Positions 56,578-64,000 of a DNA stretch of 64,000 bases are shown piece by piece. Under the pieces are notes generated by a model that made no database searches, was not told the origin of the DNA, and worked only from the letters and a program-made list of their open reading frames with translations. Made by a program: the position numbers and the translations under genes. How positions within the stretch are numbered: position 1 is the first letter of the stretch; every line of letters starts with the position of its first letter. The stretch is from Nitrosopumilaceae archaeon (GTDB lineage Archaea; Thermoproteota; Nitrososphaeria; Nitrososphaerales; Nitrosopumilaceae): contig CBDCCK010000002.1 in the NCBI GenBank assembly GCA_965214835.1, positions 512,001 through 576,000 on the forward strand, given 5' to 3'.

Positions 56578-57547
56578 GGATCCCATGGAAAAAAACGCCA
56601 TGGCGGTAAACAGGTACCTGGCATCAAAGATCAGGGGAGAGCCCAAGACCCTATACAAGGCAGCAGCTCACCTGATCGAGAGCGGGGGGAAAAGACTGCG
56701 CCCGTACATGGTAATCAAGAGCTGTCAGATTCTGGGAGGCACCTCCGGCAAGGCCATGTTTGCTGCCGGGGCAGTGGAGATGGTGCACAACTTTACCCTG
56801 GTCCATGACGACATAATGGACAACGATGAGGTGCGCCACGGCGTGCCCACGGTACACAAAAAATACGGCGACGCGCTGGCAATACTGGCAGGAGATGTCC
56901 TGTTTTCAAAGGCCTTTCATACGGCATCGCAGTCGGCCATCCCTCCAAAAAGATCGATGGAGCTCCTCCTGAGGCTGTCAAGGGCGTGCGTGGAGGTTTG
57001 CGAGGGCCAGGTCCTAGACGTCATGATGGCAGAGAGCAAGAAGATTCCCACCCAGGCGCAGTACATCTACATGATACGCAAGAAAACCGCGGCGCTCTTT
57101 GACGTGTCGTGTGCAATGGGCGCAATCTGCGCAGGCGGAGGATCAAGGGACATAGCGAACCTAGCGTCGTTTGGAAAAAACCTGGGAATAGCGTTTCAGA
57201 TTACAGACGACCTGATCGGGGTGATGGGGGATCCAAAAGTCACAAAAAAACCCGTCGGAAACGACCTGCGCGAGGGGAAAAAATCCCTGCCCATAGTCAT
57301 GGCAATCAACAGGTCAGCAGGCAGCGACAAGAGGGCCATCCTGAGGTGCTTTGGAAACCCCGGGGCAGGCAGGAGGGATCTTCAAAGGGCCGTAGACACA
57401 GTCAGAAGGCTGGGAATCGAAGAGTCCGTCAGGGATCAGGCGCTAAGATACGCAAAAAAGGCAGAAAGGTCGCTGGGAGGCTATGGGGGGCCGGCAAAGA
57501 GGGAGCTGGTATCCCTCCTGGACTTTGTGGTAAAGAGAAGGGGATAG
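56570..57547 (+). CDS. Geranylgeranyl diphosphate synthase
   Basis: GGKRLRP, HDDIMD, FQITDD, KPVGNDLREGK. Confidence 0.93.
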   Translation: MSRDPMEKNAMAVNRYLASKIRGEPKTLYKAAAHLIESGGKRLRPYMVIKSCQILGGTSGKAMFAAGAVEMVHNFTLVHDDIMDNDEVRHGVPTVHKKYGDALAILAGDVLFSKAFHTASQSAIPPKRSMELLLRLSRACVEVCEGQVLDVMMAESKKIPTQAQYIYMIRKKTAALFDVSCAMGAICAGGGSRDIANLASFGKNLGIAFQITDDLIGVMGDPKVTKKPVGNDLREGKKSLPIVMAINRSAGSDKRAILRCFGNPGAGRRDLQRAVDTVRRLGIEESVRDQALRYAKKAERSLGGYGGPAKRELVSLLDFVVKRRG

Positions 57548-57564
57548 GGCGCCTGAGGGGGAAA

Positions 57565-58011
57565 ATGAGCGACGACGACCCATCCAAAGCCACAAGGCTG
57601 TTCCGTGAGGAGGCTGACGGCTTTGAGAGGATGATCAGGGAGGTGCCGGGAAATGTTGACTCGCTTGACATTGCGGGGATTGTCAGGTGCTACTATCAGG
57701 TCATGAGCATGTCATCGATCATCAGGGCGTTAAAATCCCAGAGCCCGGGGCGGGGCGGGGCGGAGCTGGCAGGACAGATTGCAGGAATCGAGAGGCAGAT
57801 TCGTGAGAGGTTTGACTGCAGCATACACCCCGCAATAATGTCGCGCATATCAGAGTCAGCAGACCGGCAGATGGCATCCCTAAGGGAGTCAAGGGCCGGG
57901 GGAAAGGCCGGGGAGGATATTGAGGACGAGGCCAGGCTGTTTGAAAGGCTGAGGGAGACCATGAGTACCAAGGAGTTCGTTGAGCAATACGACAAAGGGC
58001 TTGGGCCATGA
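57565..58011 (+). CDS. Conserved thaumarchaeal hypothetical protein
   Basis: ATG 57565, co-oriented within the operon. Confidence 0.65.
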   Translation: MSDDDPSKATRLFREEADGFERMIREVPGNVDSLDIAGIVRCYYQVMSMSSIIRALKSQSPGRGGAELAGQIAGIERQIRERFDCSIHPAIMSRISESADRQMASLRESRAGGKAGEDIEDEARLFERLRETMSTKEFVEQYDKGLGP

Positions 58012-58811
58012 TTGAGGAGTTTGCGGAAAAAATCGTATCGCTGAAAAGGGAGTTTGCTAAAAACTACGGTGGTGCAAGCAACATACAGGAGATCATACCA
58101 AGCTCGAAGATATTCACCGATGGCGAGAGGCTAAGGGAGTTTGCGGAAAAAAATCCGATCTACTACAACTCGTACCGGGAAAGGATCTCCGAAACGGACT
58201 GCCTTGTCTATGAGGGGGACGTCAACGAGTACTGGCTGAGCAGCATCACGCAGGAGTCAAGCCATGCGCCCTTTTGGCCCACATGGATTGTATCGGCATA
58301 CCTGCTGGCAAGCGAGTTGAAGAGCATGGGATACGAGGAGGTTGTGGACGTCGGCTCCGGAGACGGGAGAATTGCGTTTTTTGCAAGGAGTCTGGGAGTC
58401 AGGGCGTACAGCCTGGAACTGGATGGCAGGCTAGTCGACCTGCAAAAAAGCATCGCTAAAAAAACACGGGTTGACTTTGGGCCGATCCGTGCCGATGCTG
58501 CCAGGCATGATTTTGCGGGAATGGGCCTGAAGAGCCCGGCGTTTTGCATCGGGGGCCTGGCCCAGATGGGGGGAGACGCCCTAGCATCAGGCGTGATTGA
58601 AGGCATTTCAAGAGGGGACGGGCTGAGGGCCAGATCGGGATTTGTTTTTGCGGGGACGTTTTCCCAGAAATATGCAAAAAGCGAGCTTGACGCGGGGTGG
58701 GGGCCCCTGATCAGCGAAAACGGGATGGTCAAGACAAACACGGTATCCCTGCCCACGGCATGGACGTTTCATGAGCCAGAGGAGACGCCGTACATCTTTG
58801 CGAGGTTTTGA
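58008..58811 (+). CDS. SAM-dependent methyltransferase-like protein
   Basis: VVDVGSGDGRI motif I. Confidence 0.75.
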   Translation: MIEEFAEKIVSLKREFAKNYGGASNIQEIIPSSKIFTDGERLREFAEKNPIYYNSYRERISETDCLVYEGDVNEYWLSSITQESSHAPFWPTWIVSAYLLASELKSMGYEEVVDVGSGDGRIAFFARSLGVRAYSLELDGRLVDLQKSIAKKTRVDFGPIRADAARHDFAGMGLKSPAFCIGGLAQMGGDALASGVIEGISRGDGLRARSGFVFAGTFSQKYAKSELDAGWGPLISENGMVKTNTVSLPTAWTFHEPEETPYIFARF

Positions 58812-58870
58812 GCGGGCAATCGGATTTTCATGCCTGAATGCCCTACAGCTAGTATAAAAAAGACGCAGGG

Positions 58871-60604
58871 GTGACCGATCCAGGGGTAGGAGTTTTGGAG
58901 GACGGCATAAAAGAGGAGATCAGAAAGCTTGCGCTGCAAAACGCATTTGGGCACGGGGGCAGGACAAACTACAAGGTCGTCCTCTCAAAGGTTCTAGGGG
59001 CCCTTCCAGAACTCAGGGGCAGGGCCGGGGAGGTCTCCGCCGAGGTCACGCCAATCGTCGACGAGGTAAACGGCCTCTCACATGACGAACAAAGGGTGGA
59101 GCTGGAGAAAAACCACCCGGATCTACTGCAAAGGGAAAGGCCGAGGCAGGAGGGGCCGCAGCTGCCGGAATTGGAGGGGGCAGAAAGCGGCAGGGTTGTC
59201 ACGCGCTTCCCGCCGGAGCCAAACGGATATCCCCACATAGGGCATGCAAAGGCGGCCATCATCAACTCCGAATACGCAGACATGTACGGCGGAAGGAAAA
59301 TCCTCCGGTTTGATGATACCAATCCCGAGACGGAGCGCAAGGAGTTCTATGCGGCAATCAAGGTAGGCCTGGACTGGCTTGGAATCGAGTACGACACCAT
59401 AAAAAACACCTCCGACGACATCAGGATGATTTATCAAAAGGGGCTGTACATGGTTGAGACAGGCAGGGCCTACGTATGCACGTGCAAGCGAGACGACGTC
59501 GGCAGGAACAGAAGGGAGATGAGGGCATGCAAGTGCAGTGCGATGGATCAGGATCTGACCCTGGACAGATGGCACAAAATGTTTGAGGGCTTCAAGCCGG
59601 GGGAGGCCATTGTCAGGTTCAGGGGCGACATGGGATCGGAGAACACCGTAATGCGGGATCCGGTACTGTTCAGAATTACGGAGGGCACGCATCCGAAGGT
59701 CGGCGACCAATACAGGGTTTGGCCAAGCTATGACCTTGCGGTGGCCATAGAGGACAGCGTTGACGGGGTGACTCACGCATTCAGATCAAAAGAGTACGAG
59801 CTGAGAGGCGAGCTTTACTATTCAATACTGGATGCACTGGGCATGAGAAAGCCAAGACTGCTGGAGTTCTCACGCCTGGCATTCAAGGGGATGCCGGTCT
59901 CCAAAAGAGTCCTAAAGCAGCTGATCGAGGAGAGAAGGATCTCATGGTACGACGATCCAAGGCTTCCCACGCTAGAGGCACTGCGGAAAAGGGGAATCAG
60001 GCCGGAGGCAGTAAAGAGATTCGTCCTGTCACTGGGGTTTACAAAGTCAGATACGCTTGCGCCGTTTGACTCCCTGGAGGCGTTTAATCGGAGGATCATT
60101 GATGCAAAAAGCACCAGGCTAGGCATGGTAAGGAGTCCAAGAAAGCTCACCATCACAGGCCTGCCAGGCAGCTCCGTGGAGGTTCAGAACCACCCCTCGG
60201 GGGACATGGGTAAAAGAAGGGTCGAGATCGGCGGCGCCGTATACGTCTCATCGGAGGACTGCAGAGGCGCCCGGGCAGGGGACAGGATCAGGCTGATGGG
60301 GCTGGGAAACGTAAGGATTACAAAAAACTCTGCAGGACTGGAGGGGGAATACACGGATGACGAGACGGGCGCGGGATATCCGAAGATGCAGTGGGTTCCC
60401 CACGATACGGCGCACAGGATCAGGATCCTGGTTCCAGGGCCGCTGTTTGTAGATGATCAGTATAACGAGGACAGCCTGGTGGAGGTAGATGCGCTCACAG
60501 AGCCACACTACCTGGAGCTGGTGGACGGGGATTCGATCCAGTTCATCAGGTTCGGGTACTGCAGAAAGGACTCAAGAAGCCAGGCAATCTACACGCACAA
60601 GTGA
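58871..60604 (+). CDS. gltX: Glutamate--tRNA ligase (archaeal type)
   Basis: TRFPPEPNGYPHIGHAK, RFDDTNP, VSKR, DDPRLPT, QFIRFG. Confidence 0.97.
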   Translation: MTDPGVGVLEDGIKEEIRKLALQNAFGHGGRTNYKVVLSKVLGALPELRGRAGEVSAEVTPIVDEVNGLSHDEQRVELEKNHPDLLQRERPRQEGPQLPELEGAESGRVVTRFPPEPNGYPHIGHAKAAIINSEYADMYGGRKILRFDDTNPETERKEFYAAIKVGLDWLGIEYDTIKNTSDDIRMIYQKGLYMVETGRAYVCTCKRDDVGRNRREMRACKCSAMDQDLTLDRWHKMFEGFKPGEAIVRFRGDMGSENTVMRDPVLFRITEGTHPKVGDQYRVWPSYDLAVAIEDSVDGVTHAFRSKEYELRGELYYSILDALGMRKPRLLEFSRLAFKGMPVSKRVLKQLIEERRISWYDDPRLPTLEALRKRGIRPEAVKRFVLSLGFTKSDTLAPFDSLEAFNRRIIDAKSTRLGMVRSPRKLTITGLPGSSVEVQNHPSGDMGKRRVEIGGAVYVSSEDCRGARAGDRIRLMGLGNVRITKNSAGLEGEYTDDETGAGYPKMQWVPHDTAHRIRILVPGPLFVDDQYNEDSLVEVDALTEPHYLELVDGDSIQFIRFGYCRKDSRSQAIYTHK

Positions 60605-60610
60605 TCGAGG

Positions 60611-61474
60611 ATGAGGATAGCAAGGCTGGGGCACGGCGGCGGGGAGACCTATGGAATCGTAAGGGAAGGCAGGGTTGCGACAAGGGACGAGATCACGTAT
60701 GCGACCGGGGTGCCGATTCCGCACAGCATCAAGGACTTTCTTTTTGATGGGTGGCTTGAGGAGGTCGGGGCAAGGAGCTCGAAGCTGAGGTACGGGGAGG
60801 AGCTCTCAAAGTTCAGGCTTTTGCATCCGATACCCAACCCGCCCAAGGTCGTGTGCCTGGCGTTTAACTACGTCGATCACGCAAGGGAGCAAAACCTCCG
60901 GCCCCCCGAGGATCCTGCCCTGGTCATAAAGCCACGAACCGCACTGACCGGGGCGGACTCGGACATCGCTTATCCAGAATTCATCACACAGCTAGACTAC
61001 GAGGTTGAGCTTGCGCTGATAATGGGCAGGACCGTCAGGGACATAGGTGAGTCAGAGGCGCTTGATGCCGTGTTTGGATACATGATACTCAACGACGTCT
61101 CTGCCAGGGATCTGCAGTTCAAAGACGGGCAGTTCACCAGGGCAAAGGGCTGCGATACGTTTGCGCCGTGTGGTCCCTGGATAACCACAAGGGACGAGGT
61201 CAGGGACCCGCATGATCTGAGACTGTCGACAAGGGTCAACGGCGAGGTAAGGCAGGACTCGTCTACAAGCAACATGTTCATCAAGATCCCCGCGATAGTT
61301 TCAAAAATTAGCAAGTGCATGACGATTGAAAGGGGGGACATCATCTCGACGGGCACGCCGGCAGGGGTCATGCTAAACAAGCCGGGCGCGGTGTTTCTCA
61401 GAGACGGCGATCAGGTGGAGATGGAGATCGAGGGGCTTGGAAGGCTGCGCAATACAGTCAGGGCCAGAAGGTGA
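60611..61474 (+). CDS. Fumarylacetoacetate hydrolase family protein
   Basis: DYEVEL, NDVSARDLQ, GDIISTGTPAGV. Confidence 0.92.
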   Translation: MRIARLGHGGGETYGIVREGRVATRDEITYATGVPIPHSIKDFLFDGWLEEVGARSSKLRYGEELSKFRLLHPIPNPPKVVCLAFNYVDHAREQNLRPPEDPALVIKPRTALTGADSDIAYPEFITQLDYEVELALIMGRTVRDIGESEALDAVFGYMILNDVSARDLQFKDGQFTRAKGCDTFAPCGPWITTRDEVRDPHDLRLSTRVNGEVRQDSSTSNMFIKIPAIVSKISKCMTIERGDIISTGTPAGVMLNKPGAVFLRDGDQVEMEIEGLGRLRNTVRARR

Positions 61475-61793
61475 GTCCCGGCAGCAGGGGGTGGCAGCCC
61501 TCCCCATCGCCTGCAGAGAACCCCACGCTGGCCAAAGGCCGCAGTCCCGATGCGTCGTTTTGTGATCTGCGACCTTAAAGCCGCACGGCATGACATGCAG
61601 TGGGATCCAGAATCACGCCGAATCACGGAATTGGGGGCAGACTTGCAGGCGGTAAGGGGGAACCGGCGCGGGCCAGGCAGGGCCGCCCTAGGAGAGGGGT
61701 GCTTCTGCAGGAATCCGGGTACTGATCTTTGCGAGATGCGCCCGGCCTTTGCGGGCTTGAACAATTATTAAGAATGGCCAGGTTTTACGTATC

Positions 61794-62102
61794 ATGGGAA
61801 GGATCATCGCCGGAAAGGCATCTGAGATCCCCGACGGCAGGATATGCAGGGTCTCAGTTGACGGAAGGGACGTTGCGGTGGTTAATCTGGGGGGACAGTA
61901 CCTTGCATTTGATGATACGTGCACCCACGCAGGAGCCAGCCTGTCGGAGGGTAGGATTGACGGCTGCAGGATAGTGTGCGGGTGGCATGCCGCAGAGTTT
62001 GACTGCAAGACCGGGAGACTGGAGAAGTTTCCAGCAAAAATCCGTGATCTGCAGGCATACAGGACGGTAGTGGAATCAGACAATGTCTTCATCGAGGTAT
62101 AG
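61794..62102 (+). CDS. Rieske [2Fe-2S] ferredoxin
   Basis: CTH...CGWH ligands. Confidence 0.9.
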   Translation: MGRIIAGKASEIPDGRICRVSVDGRDVAVVNLGGQYLAFDDTCTHAGASLSEGRIDGCRIVCGWHAAEFDCKTGRLEKFPAKIRDLQAYRTVVESDNVFIEV

Positions 62103-62135
62103 ACAGAAATATCACACGGATCATTGGTGAATAAG

Positions 62136-62405
62136 ATGGCAGGCAATGCACAAAACAAAGAGTCCATGAAGGAGTCCGTCGACATGCTAAGCCAAATAGC
62201 GTCAAACCCCTCCACGCCAAAAACCATCAAAAAGACGATTGCCGACTTGGTAGCGGAGCTGGACAGCGAAGAGTACACACTATCCGTAAGGGCCGCAAAT
62301 GCAGTCAGCATGCTTGATGACATAACGCAGGATCCAAACATGCCGTCATATGTTCGGACGCAGCTGTGGCAGGCAGTCTCGAAACTAGAGGGCATAAGAG
62401 AATAA
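62136..62405 (+). CDS. UPF0147 family protein
   Basis: VRAANA...DPNMPSYVRTQLW. Confidence 0.88.
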   Translation: MAGNAQNKESMKESVDMLSQIASNPSTPKTIKKTIADLVAELDSEEYTLSVRAANAVSMLDDITQDPNMPSYVRTQLWQAVSKLEGIRE

Positions 62406-62429
62406 ATTCCACGAAGGTTTAGAGGCGGT

Positions 62430-63179
62430 GTGAAGGTAGAGGAGTTCCTAAGATCGCTGCCACAAAACATCATCACCGGCGAGGATGTGCAGCTGTCACA
62501 AAGATCATTTAAAGAGGTTTTTGATTTCGTAAAACTGGGGGCCGACGACGTATTCTATCATCTGGGCTGTGGAGACGGGACCGGCCTGGAGATTGCCCAA
62601 AAGGAGTTTCACGCAAAAAAGGTGGTGGGTATAGACATCAGCAAGGAGAAGGCCGCCGCTGCCAAAGGCAGGGGGATAGAGAATTGCGAGGTTTTCTGCG
62701 ACGACATCAGAAACCGGCAAATCAACGATGCAACAGTTGTCCTGTTCTGGTTTTCAGGGCAGGAGATTGCAGAGCAGATGGAGGAAAAATTTCGGAGGAT
62801 GCCAGGAAGATGCAGGATCATAACAGTCTTGGATCCCCTGCTTGACTTCAGGCCAGACGAGGTCCTGTTCCCGTATCTGGTGCACAAGACGCCGTTGACA
62901 AAGGCAAAGGATCTTCAGGAGCAGCTGCTGTCAATCTTTGGTGTAGGGTGCATCGATTTTGTGACCTCGTGGGAGTATGCAGAGCGGTATACAAAATCCA
63001 TCGGGGGCAGGGACGTCCGGAACGACAGATTCCTGACCATCCTGCAGTCGGTGATCATCTGGATCAATGCAAGAAACCTGAAGGTGGCATGCGATGAGGA
63101 GATGCCAGAGTCAGTCAAGACGTACATTTCAATACTCAGAGAGTTTTTCAACATAGAGGTAGAGCATCTGCTAAAATAG
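62430..63179 (+). CDS. SAM-dependent methyltransferase
   Basis: FYHLGCGDG, VVGIDI. Confidence 0.8.
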   Translation: MKVEEFLRSLPQNIITGEDVQLSQRSFKEVFDFVKLGADDVFYHLGCGDGTGLEIAQKEFHAKKVVGIDISKEKAAAAKGRGIENCEVFCDDIRNRQINDATVVLFWFSGQEIAEQMEEKFRRMPGRCRIITVLDPLLDFRPDEVLFPYLVHKTPLTKAKDLQEQLLSIFGVGCIDFVTSWEYAERYTKSIGGRDVRNDRFLTILQSVIIWINARNLKVACDEEMPESVKTYISILREFFNIEVEHLLK

Positions 63180-63219
63180 CCCGTGCAATCCTTTTATTTT
63201 GCAAGCGACAACACAGATC

Positions 63220-63567
63220 ATGGGTCCCAGGATCAACATCAACGTCTCGGCAGTAGACTATGACAAGACTAGCAGTGCCATAAGCAAGACCCTGACGCTG
63301 CTAGAGGAGAGAATTCACGGGGAGGACGAATTCGTCATGACGGACTCTGAGTTTGCATTTGGGTGGCACTTTTTTGTCGTAAGTGTAGACAGGGAGATGG
63401 TAGAAAAGCTATCAGAGCAGATGGGACCGGATTTTGATCGGCTAAAGGGCAAGGGCCCGGAGAAAAAATTCCTCACATGGCTGGCAGGCCAGGTGGAGGC
63501 CGGGGTCCCAAGATTCAAGCTTGCGATAAAAGAGGAGATGGAGTCAAGCAAATACGGGGTTTTTTAG
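63220..63567 (+). CDS. Conserved thaumarchaeal hypothetical protein
   Basis: Clean ORF from ATG 63220. Confidence 0.65.
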   Translation: MGPRININVSAVDYDKTSSAISKTLTLLEERIHGEDEFVMTDSEFAFGWHFFVVSVDREMVEKLSEQMGPDFDRLKGKGPEKKFLTWLAGQVEAGVPRFKLAIKEEMESSKYGVF

Positions 63568-63666
63568 GGCTTCAGGCCGGTTTGGCCTCAAATTGTGCGT
63601 GGATGGGCGGCCGGCCTCACAGATAAGCATTAAAATGCCCAATTCCCCTAAACCAGTAGAAGGCAA

Positions 63667-64000
63667 TTGAGGAAAAAGGAGTTAATGGTTTTTGCAGCAC
63701 TGATGCTGTCAATAATGTCAGTCACCATTCCAGGCATTTCGCATGCAGACATGGCAGACAACGACAATGACGGGATTTCAAACGATATGGACAGGTGTCC
63801 GCATCTCAGGGAGGACTATGATCCGCAGTATGGAAACACGGATGACGGATGCCCCGGGGACTTTGTGCCCTGGTATGATGCCGACTATGACGGAATTCAG
63901 GACCACCTAGACTCCTGTCCATCCGTCAGGGAAAACTATAACCTGTTTGAGGACGGCGACGGATGCCCCGACGTTGTGCCCTACGAGTCAGAGCAGTTGC
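63667..64000 (+). CDS. Secreted thrombospondin type 3 repeat protein (partial, runs off the window)
   Basis: Read manually: signal peptide, then DNDNDGISNDMDRCP, DADYDGIQDHLDSCP, DGDGCPD. Confidence 0.85.
   Translation, partial: MRKKELMVFAALMLSIMSVTIPGISHADMADNDNDGISNDMDRCPHLREDYDPQYGNTDDGCPGDFVPWYDADYDGIQDHLDSCPSVRENYNLFEDGDGCPDVVPYESEQL

Noticed and set aside
61480-61790. Intergenic gap with weak similarity to the dispersed repeat and a tRNA-like CTGGCCAAAGGC
   Set aside because: Matches are too short and no cloverleaf can be formed.
16800-63600. Numerous antisense and nested ORFs over core genes in the ORF track
   Set aside because: Shadow frames of GC-richer genes with no recognisable motifs.

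Overview
Archaeal chromosome segment, most likely Nitrososphaerota (thaumarchaeal, Nitrosopumilaceae-like), judged from rps3ae, rpoN, archaeal gltX, the mevalonate/IPK cluster, CFI-box and S-layer-type proteins. Two AT-richer defence islands interrupt GC-richer core genes. Island 1 (window start to ~16.76 kb) carries a Fic/Doc toxin with an unannotated 33-aa partner, a complete IS110-family element, an S8 protease + PD-(D/E)XK nuclease pair, a DUF499/DUF1156/SNF2 restriction-like (Gao RL-type) operon and an amber-interrupted tyrosine recombinase. Island 2 (~25.46-33.4 kb) carries a kinase-fused dCTP deaminase with an unannotated 36-aa neighbour, a type III R-M system, an RHH regulator and an intact paralogous recombinase. 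The strongest result is that the IS110 bridge RNA can be decoded by eye: all four guide segments match the reconstructed target and donor sites. Other notable signals are a conserved out-of-frame C-terminal domain in both recombinases (possible programmed frameshift), a PIP-box-like tail on the DUF1156 methylase, phased operator arrays and a dispersed intergenic repeat. All calls come from motif recognition and manual alignment; no searches were run.
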